64,000 bases of DNA, from the IMG/VR virus record IMGVR_UViG_3300010885_017276, positions 32,001 to 96,000 of that record. One strand, 5' to 3'. The stretch is from a virus. Shown here one piece after another: positions 8,776-18,100 of this stretch; the stretch's first letter is position 1; every line of letters begins with the position of its first letter. The translations under genes and the position numbers were made by a program. A model generated the notes under the pieces. It was not told the DNA's origin and did not search any database. It was given only the letters and a program-made list of their open reading frames with translations.

Positions 8776-8988
8776 ATGAAAAAGTTTAACGAATTTGAGT
8801 GTTGGATGATTGTTCAATCTTTAGAGTTACTAGCCGAGGCTTGGAAAGTCGAAATCGACGAGACCGAGGCCAAGGGCAATAGGGCAATTTGGACAAAGGG
8901 CTACGTGGAAATGGTGACCAAGGAATTGACCGAGAAGGTCAAGGCAGGTACACTAAAACCTAGAAAAACCTACGACCACACTAAGTAG
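8776..8988 (+). CDS. first early gene, hypothetical 70 aa
   Basis: ATG at 8776 with A-rich leader preferred over the upstream GTG. Confidence 0.7.
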   Translation: MKKFNEFECWMIVQSLELLAEAWKVEIDETEAKGNRAIWTKGYVEMVTKELTEKVKAGTLKPRKTYDHTK

Positions 8989-9057
8989 TAAGCAAGCCCC
9001 CTTCGGGGGGCTATTTTAAAACAAATTTTTTAACTAATCTAATCTTATTTTAAAAGT

Positions 9058-9939
9058 ATGGAAATTCTATCCAACATTCAGAGCGGAAACGCTAACATCG
9101 AGAGTATTAAAGGCCAATTGTTTGACGTTGTCAAAGTGCCACTAGTTACTAACCTTCAAGGGTTTGACAACCCTAACAGCTTCGGGACTTACCGAGCAAA
9201 CGGAGGCGAAGCCCTAGGAGTTGTAGGTAAAGACTTCACGCCTACTCAACCTAAGCTATTATTCGAGGACTTCGAAAATTGCTTGTACGATACGGACTGC
9301 GACCTAAAGGACGTTAAATATCTAGAGTTGAAAGGCGGTCGTAAAGTAGTGTTCGAAGCCCCAATCAAAACAATGGGCTTTACTAACCTACGAGGCCAAG
9401 AGGACGAAATGATAGTTAAGATTAACTTATCTACGGGTTTCGACGGACTTACCAAGACTAGTTTGTTTATTAGCTGTTACCGAATGGTTTGTGCCAATGG
9501 TATGAAAGCTTGGAAAACCGAGTTTGCTGTTTCTTTCAAGAATACAACCGGTAACGTCGGCAAGGCTTCATCACTTTGCCAAGACATCGCCAAGGCTACC
9601 GACCAAGCTAACGACTTCGAGGCTTACATCAAGAAGCTAAATTCGTCCGAGGTTGACCAAGCCAAAGTAGATGATTTTCTTTTCAAGACTATGGGCTTTA
9701 ATCAAAAGATGTATTCAGAACTAGGTACAAGAAAGCAAAACATCTTGTCCGCTGTACAAGAAAGCATCGCCCTAGAGTTTGGACGTACCGGCTCAACGCT
9801 TTGGGGATTAGTTAACGGCATCACGCACTACACTAATCACGTAGCTAGCACCAACGACCGAAACGATTACCTTCTTACCGGAGGCGGTCTTAAGCTAAAC
9901 GATTTAGCACAAAAGGTAGCCTACGAAATGGCCTACTAG
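9058..9939 (+). CDS. DUF932/DUF945 family phage protein
   Basis: LGVVGKDF, LKGGRKV, STGFDG, RMVCANGM and TLWGLVNGITHY motifs. Confidence 0.8.
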   Translation: MEILSNIQSGNANIESIKGQLFDVVKVPLVTNLQGFDNPNSFGTYRANGGEALGVVGKDFTPTQPKLLFEDFENCLYDTDCDLKDVKYLELKGGRKVVFEAPIKTMGFTNLRGQEDEMIVKINLSTGFDGLTKTSLFISCYRMVCANGMKAWKTEFAVSFKNTTGNVGKASSLCQDIAKATDQANDFEAYIKKLNSSEVDQAKVDDFLFKTMGFNQKMYSELGTRKQNILSAVQESIALEFGRTGSTLWGLVNGITHYTNHVASTNDRNDYLLTGGGLKLNDLAQKVAYEMAY

Positions 9940-9981
9940 TATTAACCAAGCCCCTCGAAAGAGGGGTTTATTTTAACTAAT

Positions 9982-10167
9982 ATGAAAAAGAAAAAGTTTA
10001 CCGAAAAGCAAAAGGCGGTTATTGCTAGATTCCTGCAAGAACGCCACTACGATCTAAAAGAGTATAAGGCCATTGGCACTAAGCACTACAACGACGACGA
10101 AGATGTTGAAAAAATCCTTGTTGCTATCTATATGCTAAATGAATACCTTTGGATGTGGGAACACTAA
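9982..10167 (+). CDS. hypothetical early protein
   Basis: bounded by repeats 2 and 3. Confidence 0.7.
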   Translation: MKKKKFTEKQKAVIARFLQERHYDLKEYKAIGTKHYNDDEDVEKILVAIYMLNEYLWMWEH

Positions 10168-10210
10168 TTACTAACCAAGCCCTCTACGGAGGGCTTTTAT
10201 CTTATCTTAT

Positions 10211-10375
10211 ATGAATTACTATATCTTATTGCCCGTTATTTGCCTGCTGCTTCTAGTAGCCCACATCGTCTATGTTAATCGCAGAGACAAGTTTGAGTAC
10301 TTGGACTATTGTATAGCAGTTTGCTTGCTCCTAGTCCCGTTTATTTGCTTAGTCGATTGCCTGCTATGTTGTTAG
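10211..10375 (+). CDS. small Cys-rich membrane protein (54 aa)
   Basis: translated by eye MNYYILLPVICLLLLVAH...LLCC; follows repeat 3. Confidence 0.6.
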   Translation: MNYYILLPVICLLLLVAHIVYVNRRDKFEYLDYCIAVCLLLVPFICLVDCLLCC

Positions 10376-10471
10376 TAGGCCTTATCGCAGTTTGCCTGCT
10401 GTTGATTGCAGGACTTAAAAAGTAATGTTTAACCAACCCCTTCTATCCGGAGGGGTTTTATTTTAACTAGT

Positions 10472-10645
10472 ATGATTTTTATTACCACTCTTTTGATTAT
10501 CTATTACGCATTAGTTATCAGGGAAACTTTTTGCGAAAAGTATTATGCAAGCCCTATCACAACAAAGAGGGACTTTTTTTTATGTTTGATACCTTTGTTT
10601 ATGTGGTTTAAAATGCTTATCTTTGCATTAAAGAACCTAGATTAA
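10472..10645 (+). CDS. small membrane protein (57 aa)
   Basis: translated by eye MIFITTLLIIYYALVIRE...; bounded by repeats 4 and 5. Confidence 0.65.
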   Translation: MIFITTLLIIYYALVIRETFCEKYYASPITTKRDFFLCLIPLFMWFKMLIFALKNLD

Positions 10646-10691
10646 TTATTAACCTAGCCTTTCATCACGGAGGGCTTTTATCTTAACTAGT

Positions 10692-10853
10692 ATGAAAGTA
10701 GAAATCTTTGTTTTGGACTATGGCTTCGAAGCCTTAATTATTGACGGGGGTAAAATCCTGGGGACTATCTTGGGTGTAACTATGGCGAACCTTTGCCAAA
10801 GTGTATACGATGTGTACGGAATCAACATCTTTGAATTAGTTAGTTTAAACTAG
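10692..10853 (+). CDS. hypothetical protein (53 aa)
   Basis: translated by eye MKVEIFVLDYGF...; ATG belongs to repeat 5. Confidence 0.6.
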   Translation: MKVEIFVLDYGFEALIIDGGKILGTILGVTMANLCQSVYDVYGINIFELVSLN

Positions 10854-10911
10854 TTAGTTCGTGGGGGTAAAACGGGGGGACAAAAAAGTTTTCCCTTTTT
10901 TTGTAAAAAAG

Positions 10912-10943
10912 TTTGGTAGATTAAAAACTTAGTTGTATATTTG
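10912..10943 (+). promoter_or_regulatory. early sigma-A promoter
   Basis: TTTG-GTAGATTAAAAACTTAGTTG-TATATTTG. Confidence 0.85.
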
Positions 10944-11008
10944 TAGTAGAATTAAAACCTAGAAGTTAGTGCTAGGAACCTCACTAACAAAACCTAATTT
11001 ATCTTATT

Positions 11009-11149
11009 ATGAGAAATTTAGCAGATTACATTGTTCATTGTTCACTAGAGGTTATTCAATGGGACGAACATAACCGCCCTTATGAGCAAACTCCAAATGG
11101 TAAAATTTATTTGTCTAAAAGGGCTTATAGTTATTCCGTAAAAAACTAA
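11009..11149 (+). CDS. hypothetical 46-aa protein, paralog of 19300-19479
   Basis: DEHNRPYEQTPNGKIYLSK...YSVKN. Confidence 0.7.
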   Translation: MRNLADYIVHCSLEVIQWDEHNRPYEQTPNGKIYLSKRAYSYSVKN

Positions 11150-11200
11150 TTACTAATCAAGCCCTTCTTAACCGAGGGGCTTTTATTTAAACTAACTAAT

Positions 11201-11416
11201 ATGAAAAATTTATTAACTATGTCGATAGAACTTGCAATTTTAAAATTAAAAGAAAAAGAAATCCCTTGTGTTGATTCAAGGGTTAAAGGGTATGATTATT
11301 TTATTCAAGATAATGGGGATGATTTGTCTTTAACTAATGAAGAAAATGAAATAGCACAAGCGTTTGGTGTTCATTTAACTGAACAAGAAGTTATTGATTT
11401 TTCAAAAACACTTTAA
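11201..11416 (+). CDS. hypothetical early protein
   Basis: AACTAACTAATATG leader. Confidence 0.65.
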   Translation: MKNLLTMSIELAILKLKEKEIPCVDSRVKGYDYFIQDNGDDLSLTNEENEIAQAFGVHLTEQEVIDFSKTL

Positions 11417-11426
11417 ACTAACTAGT

Positions 11427-11600
11427 ATGTGCTATCCTATCTTTTGTATTGCCGTTCACTTACTAGAGGGGCGTGAGGATGAACTTGACTTGGTTTGGGG
11501 GGACGCTGCAGAAGTTTATTCTAGGTTCCTAGACAGCGAATTTAACGACCCTAACAAGTCCGAACTTGACTGCATTAATAGCTTTATGGCTAACATTTAA
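11427..11600 (+). CDS. hypothetical early protein
   Basis: AACTAACTAGTATG leader. Confidence 0.65.
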   Translation: MCYPIFCIAVHLLEGREDELDLVWGDAAEVYSRFLDSEFNDPNKSELDCINSFMANI

Positions 11601-11662
11601 AACTAACTAATCTAAACTACAAGGGGGAACAAAAAAGTTTCCCCTTTTTTTGTGCCTAAAAG

Positions 11663-11694
11663 TTTGGTAGATTAAAAACTATTTTGTACCTTTG
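11663..11694 (+). promoter_or_regulatory. early sigma-A promoter
   Basis: TTTG-N20-TACCTTTG. Confidence 0.85.
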
Positions 11695-11724
11695 ATTATT
11701 ATTAATCTTAACTTATTTTATCCT

Positions 11725-11922
11725 ATGGAAATTGTAAAAAACTTGGCTGTCTTGAATCAGCTGTCTAAAGCCTATGGCTTGGAATTTTGTAGAACCTATA
11801 AGTATTGTACGGGGGGCGATAACATTCGTGTAAACCGCTACACTTATAAAGATGATAGCTTTGTGCTAAAGTATTTTGACGGGTGTTTTTATCCGTATAT
11901 TGTTAAACTTAAAACTAACTAA
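11725..11922 (+). CDS. hypothetical early protein
   Basis: ATG downstream of promoter; KYFDGCFYPY motif. Confidence 0.65.
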   Translation: MEIVKNLAVLNQLSKAYGLEFCRTYKYCTGGDNIRVNRYTYKDDSFVLKYFDGCFYPYIVKLKTN

Positions 11923-11977
11923 TCTAAACTAGGGGCTAATCGCCCCTTTTTTTTGTGCAAAACTTTAACACTTTTTA

Positions 11978-12009
11978 TTTGGGGGTTTAGTTTTATTGGC
12001 GTATCTTTG
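11978..12009 (+). promoter_or_regulatory. sigma-A promoter driving a non-coding transcript
   Basis: TTTG-N20-TATCTTTG with no sizeable ORF downstream. Confidence 0.75.
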
Positions 12010-12014
12010 TTCTT

Positions 12015-12190
12015 GTAGGGGGGTAATGGAATGTTATCCGATACAGGTGGGCTACTGAGATACTAGCGCAAGGAGGTTCTAAGGGAACCTGCCCCGTGGC
12101 GAAGGGGGGGAGGGAGGGGTGTGACGGAGTCTACCCTATGCGTGTGTAAAAAAACACGAACCCCTGAATTGCGTTACTCTGGCAATTTTC
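12015..12190. ncRNA. candidate GC-rich structured ncRNA between convergent promoters
   Basis: at least six hairpins and a G7-A-G3-A-G4 tract. Confidence 0.55.
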
Positions 12191-12195
12191 TATAA

Positions 12196-12227
12196 CAAAG
12201 ATACGACAAAATTTTGTACTAGTCAAG
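12196..12227 (-). promoter_or_regulatory. minus-strand sigma-A promoter, convergent with 11978
   Basis: reverse complement CTTG-N20-TATCTTTG. Confidence 0.7.
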
Positions 12228-12281
12228 AAAAAAGTAACAAAGTTATCAACATTATTTTGTTAATAAGTATGCAAAAAAAAG

Positions 12282-12313
12282 TTTGGTAGATTAAAATTAA
12301 CTACCTATATTTG
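12282..12313 (+). promoter_or_regulatory. early sigma-A promoter
   Basis: TTTG-N20-TATATTTG. Confidence 0.85.
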
Positions 12314-12358
12314 TATTGTAATTGCAACGAAGCGGTTACTTTAAATTATCTTATTACT

Positions 12359-12700
12359 ATGAACAAAGTAATTTTAAACATCGGGTTAAATGTTGGGAAT
12401 GTTGAACCAACAAAACAGCTAAACACAACGCTACACATATTAACTACTTTAAGCTTTTCATTGACTAGTGTAAAGGTACACGAAAATAGCGAGTACAACG
12501 AAAACGGGGAACGCTGTCTAGTAGTTTATTTTGATACTGAATTTGACTTGACTTTAATAAGTATCTTAATTGACGCAGTTTGCGAACACTTAGAACAGCA
12601 ATGTATAGCCGTTAAATTTAACGGGGTAGGTAAACTAGTTTATGATAGTAACTACAATGGAGAACGATTTGACTTTGTAGAGAAGTACTTTAAGGACTAA
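12359..12700 (+). CDS. probable S-adenosylmethionine lyase (T3 SAMase-like anti-restriction protein)
   Basis: ERCLVV and LEQQCIAV resemble the catalytic Glu/Gln motifs of T3 SAMase (EKTV, EQDCVLV); similar size; has its own early promoter. Confidence 0.55.
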   Translation: MNKVILNIGLNVGNVEPTKQLNTTLHILTTLSFSLTSVKVHENSEYNENGERCLVVYFDTEFDLTLISILIDAVCEHLEQQCIAVKFNGVGKLVYDSNYNGERFDFVEKYFKD

Positions 12701-12759
12701 CTAATCTAAAAAGCCCCTCGATAAATTTTGGGGGGCTATTAAAAAAAAGTAAAAAAAGT

Positions 12760-12790
12760 TTTGCAGTCTAAAAAATTATAATTATATTTG
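12760..12790 (+). promoter_or_regulatory. early sigma-A promoter
   Basis: TTTG-N19-TATATTTG after a hairpin. Confidence 0.8.
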
Positions 12791-12816
12791 TCAAACAATT
12801 TAAACACATTCACACT

Positions 12817-13392
12817 ATGAACAAACTAGTATTAAAACACGACAACCACGCAGACAGCCCTAGAACTTGGTGCAATTTAGGAACAATGATTTGTTTCCAT
12901 AAACGATACGACCTAGGGGACAGCCACGGGTATTCCTCTATTGACTATTCAAGTTGGGAGCAAATGGAAAAAGACTTAATTAAAAAAGAAAATCCGGCTG
13001 TTATCTTACCTTTGTACTTGTACGACCATTCAGTTGTTACCATTAGTACAACCCCATTCAGTAATCGTTGGGACAGCGGTCAAGTAGGGTTTATCTTAGT
13101 TAGTAAGGAAACAGCCCTAGCAGATTTTGGGGGTAAAAAAGTTACAGCTAAACTAAAAGAAAAGATAGAGAGACAGCTAGAGGGAGAAGTAGAAACTTAC
13201 GCACAATTCCTAGAGGGAGACGTGTACGGGTTTTCTATTGAGGACGAAGACGGGAATCATATTGACAGCTGTTTTGGATTTTACGGGAGTGACTTTGCTA
13301 CCAACGGGATATTAGACTACATTAACCATAACTTGTTGGGGGTAACAGAAGCCGAAGTACTACCTTTGCTAGAAGCAGCCGAGATTGAATAA
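12817..13392 (+). CDS. conserved phage/conjugative-element hypothetical protein
   Basis: SPR.W.NLG, PLYLYDHS, WDSGQVG, G.VYGF and DSCFGFYG motifs of a widespread mobile-element family. Confidence 0.75.
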   Translation: MNKLVLKHDNHADSPRTWCNLGTMICFHKRYDLGDSHGYSSIDYSSWEQMEKDLIKKENPAVILPLYLYDHSVVTISTTPFSNRWDSGQVGFILVSKETALADFGGKKVTAKLKEKIERQLEGEVETYAQFLEGDVYGFSIEDEDGNHIDSCFGFYGSDFATNGILDYINHNLLGVTEAEVLPLLEAAEIE

Positions 13393-13506
13393 ACTAATCC
13401 AAACCCCTCAATAAATTTTGGGGGGTACACAAAAAAAAGTAAAAAAACATTTGGTAGATACAAAGTAATTGCATATCTTTACCTAGAATTTAAAACCCAA
13501 TACAAT

Positions 13507-13659
13507 ATGATAAACGTATATTTCGAGAGTAGCACACACGCTGAATTAGTAGCAACATTCGACAGCGAAGAATTATTTATAGCTTGTCTACCTACACTAG
13601 AGGCAGAAGCTAAAAAACAGAATATGTTTGTAACAGAACAAGTAACAACAACCCTTTAA
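13507..13659 (+). CDS. hypothetical 50-aa protein
   Basis: translated by eye MINVYFESSTHAELVATF...; downstream of a promoter-like site at 13450-13481. Confidence 0.6.
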   Translation: MINVYFESSTHAELVATFDSEELFIACLPTLEAEAKKQNMFVTEQVTTTL

Positions 13660-13687
13660 TAATAATAATAATAATAAATTAACTAAT

Positions 13688-13972
13688 ATGAAAATCGTAA
13701 CACAAAATGCAGTAACTTGTTTCCTTAATAAGGGGAACGGAACATTCAACAACACACACGTTGTAACAGAAAACGAAGTATCTAAGCTGTATCTATTCGG
13801 CAATCTAATTGCTGTACTAGAACAAGGGGTACTAAAGGTAACCAATGCAGGTTGGTTTAGCAAGACTACTAAGGAACGCTTGAACGGACTACCTAATGTA
13901 AACGTAAGGCAGTCTAAGGGTAAGTGGTACTTGAACGATAATTTTTGGGACGGAAAACTAACTACTATTTAA
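13688..13972 (+). CDS. conserved phage hypothetical protein
   Basis: GNLIA...AGW.SKTTKERLN...Q..GKWY motif common in phage early regions. Confidence 0.7.
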   Translation: MKIVTQNAVTCFLNKGNGTFNNTHVVTENEVSKLYLFGNLIAVLEQGVLKVTNAGWFSKTTKERLNGLPNVNVRQSKGKWYLNDNFWDGKLTTI

Positions 13973-14046
13973 TTTTGTATCAGAAGATTTTTGAGGGGTG
14001 TATGTACCAAGCCCCCCAAAAAGATCGATTAACTAAAACAAAAAAG

Positions 14047-14286
14047 ATGAAACAGACAATTATAATAGGGAAGTTTGAATCCTTAAACATCAAGGCAGTA
14101 ATACATTCTATAGATGAAGTATACCAAGCCGATACACACGAAGAACTAGTAGCTTTGCTAGATACCTTTGACAAGGAAGGCAAGGATTGGTTGATACTTG
14201 AGAAGACCATATTTACCCTAGAGATAACACCCAATGCATTGTTGGGGCTTATTTGGGGGAGCAACAAGGGGGCAAATTGCGAATAA
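14047..14286 (+). CDS. hypothetical protein
   Basis: ATG at 14047 with A-rich leader. Confidence 0.5.
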   Translation: MKQTIIIGKFESLNIKAVIHSIDEVYQADTHEELVALLDTFDKEGKDWLILEKTIFTLEITPNALLGLIWGSNKGANCE

Positions 14287-14413
14287 TGCAAAGTTTTGGG
14301 GGGGGCAAATTGTCTAACCCCCGTAAATTTCGATACCACCCTTGCAGAATTATCAGTAATCTAGTACTTTCATTGCGAATACAATAATGGGGGTACACTA
14401 AAAAACAGCCAAA

Positions 14414-14605
14414 ATGGGATTAACTAAGACAAAAAAGGAACAAGAACTCTATGAAAGGTACAAAAAGTATCTAGGGTACGATACAATCATCCCCCAATCC
14501 ATAGTACAAAGCTACCTAACAGACCTACAAGAACTAGTGGGGGGGAGCAAGGCTAGATTAAATCGGGGGGTACAGCAAAAAGCCTACCTAGTCTACGTAG
14601 ACTAA
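14414..14605 (+). CDS. hypothetical protein
   Basis: ORF track. Confidence 0.45.
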   Translation: MGLTKTKKEQELYERYKKYLGYDTIIPQSIVQSYLTDLQELVGGSKARLNRGVQQKAYLVYVD

Positions 14606-14622
14606 TAAATAAACTAACTAAG

Positions 14623-14802
14623 ATGAAGCAAACAATACAAGAGAAGATAGAGGTAGCAGTACTTACCGGACAAAAGAGTATAGTAGTAAACGGAATACTA
14701 GTACAATGGAAGCCCCTACACTCCCAAGTAGCTAAAAGCAAGCTAGAGGGGTACGCTAAAGAGGTAGCAAGAAAGAGTTTGGAGGGGCTGTATAGTAAGT
14801 AA
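14623..14802 (+). CDS. hypothetical 59-aa protein
   Basis: translated by eye MKQTIQEKIEVAV...; AACTAACTAAGATG leader. Confidence 0.55.
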   Translation: MKQTIQEKIEVAVLTGQKSIVVNGILVQWKPLHSQVAKSKLEGYAKEVARKSLEGLYSK

Positions 14803-15094
14803 CTAGCTGATTGTGTGCTAGTTAGAGTGGGCGGACAACCCCCACCCACGATTTGAGGGTAGGTTTCGGCTGTCGTTTTTGGGTATGTCGGATTCAAATT
14901 ACATATACACAAATTTATACAACAAACTTGATTCCCCCCACTACCCCTAGACTAACTACTCTATACTATACTAGTACTACTCGAATGTTATCTGTATTAA
15001 CTTATCTAAGGTTGGTAGTTATGGTAGGTTATGTTTAGATTAGTTTAGCTACACTCGGCAGTCTTTTTATAGTCCGGCCAAAAGTTTACCCCTT

Positions 15095-15156
15095 ATCTAG
15101 AATGATTCTAAATTTCAATAAATGTTTGGTAGTCTAGATTTAATTACATATATTTG
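15095..15156 (+). promoter_or_regulatory. Fur-box-like palindrome plus sigma-A promoter
   Basis: ATCTAGAATGATTCTAAAT (15095-15113) 11 nt upstream of TTTG-N20-TATATTTG. Confidence 0.7.
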
Positions 15157-18100
15157 TATCGGCAATGAAGCCAACGTAAAACTTAAATCACAATGAAACT
15201 AATTAATCTAAACTTAGTAAACGAATTACTAGACAACCAACACGAGGGCTACGAACTAATGGTTTACACAAAACAGCCTAACCAATCCGACTATGAACTA
15301 TCTGAATTTTTTGAACTAGAAAACATCAAGAACTTAAAATCCTTGTGTGCTAGAATACTAAAACAAATGGGGAATAAGGTAGGATGTATCGATTTTAAGA
15401 TGAACTACGAAGACACAGATTTTGACCAAGTAACAATCTATAAAAACTAATAAGATGAAAGAAGAAACCAAGAAAGAACTATTTGATTTTCTATACACTA
15501 TGGAAGACAAACTAGAGTACGACAAAACAGCCCTAGGTAAAAGACTAGGAGAACTAATAAACAAGCTACAACAAGAACTAATAAGATGAAACAAGAAACT
15601 TTTTTACTAGTAGGTTTATCCACTATTCTAACTATGGCTTTTTTTCTAGGGGGCAAAGAAAAGTCTTGTGCTAAGAGATTATTCTCGACAGCCCAACCCC
15701 AACAAAAAGAATACAAGTTTGTATCAACAGAACTACTAGCCCTAACACAAACAGACACACTAACACTTAAAACTAACTAATATGAAATCAGTACACGAAT
15801 TATCAGCAGAAGAATTACAAGAGTTAAGAAGTCGTTGGTATCATCAACACCTAGACGATGGCACTTTGGAAGAAGTTATGGAATACGACCCCGAAGATGA
15901 AGACAACGTACCTATGGATGTTGTAATAGAGTATTATGGGGCAACTTACTTTGTAGAAGAAGACTTTTGGTGTAACCTTACAGACTAACTAATATGAAAC
16001 AGATAACAATAGAACAAGCATTCAAAAAACTAGTTGAAAAGGGATTCTCAATTAGTGAACTAAAGCCAAATGAATTTTTAGTAATCGATAATGGTAAATT
16101 TGGATTTTGTGATGATGAAGACCCGTTCATCGTTGACGGAAATGATATTATAGAAATCTATCAAAACTATATTACAGACTAACTAATATAAAGTAGACTA
16201 AAAAAACTTTAAAAAAAATTTGGTAGTTACATTTTAATAACGTATCTTTGACTTATCAAACTAAAACAATTAATATGAAAACAGAAGAAGCAAAAAAAGT
16301 ATTGGAAAACGAAGGTTACTTTGTAGATAACTTATGGCAGACTTGCGATGTTACTATGAACTACGATTGCACGGAAGAAGAAGCCCAAAAAGTTTTAAAT
16401 GAAGCCCTTACAAACGAGGCAACGTATCAACAAATTTGGGAAGCAATATCCTATTCAGCAGAGAGTTTTAATTTAAAACGTAGAGACTAACTTGTACAAT
16501 TTATAACTATGAAAACATCACTAAGATTACAAGAAACAGAAACTATTGGGAGTAGTGGTTTATGCCACACACTAACCGGTACATACACCTTGGTTGGTAA
16601 GATTCAAGACACAGACCACATCCTAATTGAATGCCCCGACACACACGAACTATTTATAATCAATAACAACCTAAACCTTTACTAGAATGATTCGAGACTT
16701 TGACCAATTAAGAGACATAGCTATACAAATGGTTAATAACCTAGTGGAGCAAGGGTACATCCCAAATTGTACCGACACAGACGACAACACCGAGTTTGAT
16801 GTGCAGGATTTATTACTAGAAATTTTAATAGACAGCCTAGTACAACAAGATTGCGTTACCCCCAATGGAGTTGCTTCGAGTAGCGTAGAGTTAAAAGAAG
16901 TTAATGAAGACTATCGAATTGCTTTTATTAGTGTTGATGAAATACCCCTAGGTATCTTTGAACTACTTTATGATAAGCAACAAGAAGACAGACCTTATGT
17001 TTTGATTAATTACGATGTAACGTATGTTGATAACCTAATTTAAACTAACTAATATGAAAACAGAAATAATAAAATACATTGACGGCCACTCCGGAAACCA
17101 ATGTGAGATTTTTAGATTAACTAATACAAACGGAGAAGTTTTACACGAGAGAGATTATACATCCCAAACAGAGAATGTAGAAAATTACTTTGAGGATTTT
17201 TTAGAGCCGTTGTTTTTAGAAGCCGAGCAAAGTTTTGATAAACTAATTAGTTTGTATGATGTTGCAGATTTGCTAGAAGCTATGGCTTCGGACAAAGAAG
17301 CAGAGGAAATGCGTTCAGCCCTAAATTTAATATCTAAATTTTTTATAAAAATAATCTAAAAAAAGTTTGGTATTCTAGAATTAATAACGTACATTTGTTC
17401 AAGATTTAAAACAATAAAAGTTATGAAAGAATTAGATTTTTATGTGTATGTATTTTCAGACGGGACTACAGCACCTTTTGAAATAGCAGAAAAGATAGTT
17501 ATAGGAATATGGTGCGTTTTTAATAAATAAGACTTAAAACAAACAAATTATGATAAGATTAAACCTTTCAATCAGCAGAAGTCGTTATTTCGACAACCAA
17601 AAAGATTTAGCAGAATTTCTAGGTATCAAGAATACCTCCAAGAAAGCAATAGAGAGTAGATGTAGAGTGTTACACTTTGAAATAGAATTTTAAATTAGTT
17701 AATATGAGAACAGCATACCAATTATACCAAGTGGATTTTGTAAAACACAGCAACCGAGAACTGACTATCTCAGCTACCAATCGTAGAGGCAAGATTTTTG
17801 TAGCCGAACTACAACGTACCGATGAAAGGTATTGGCAAGGTTACACAGATTTTAGGTCTAGTGACTACAAAAATTTTAAAGCTGTTGTCCTAGAATTTTT
17901 GCAAGATTTAGTACAAGAAGCCAAGCACTATGACAATCGTTGGTATAATTTTAATTCTATGGTTCGATGTGAAGAAGGCGGAAGCAGACCACTGACTTGG
18001 GAAGAAACTGCCTATGGTAGCTTAGTCAACGAAGCCGAGCCAGTATTCAAAGGCCACGTTAAATTTAATACTAACTAATATGATCTTATCAATAGCAATT

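Larger units (their letters stand above)
8992..11203 (+). repeat. array of six intergenic hairpin repeats separating small ORFs
   Basis: consensus TAACCAAGCCCy-loop-rGGGsTTTTATyTTAACTArTATG at ~8992, 9943, 10172, 10430, 10650, 11154. Confidence 0.85.

Noticed and set aside
8992-11203. Repeat array as a CRISPR array
   Set aside because: The repeats are degenerate, the intervening sequences are ORFs of 150-900 nt rather than 30-40 nt spacers, and no cas genes are present.
16681-16699. Additional Fur-like box (ACTAGAATGATTCGAG)
   Set aside because: It is only a partial palindrome formed by a stop/start junction and has no adjacent promoter.
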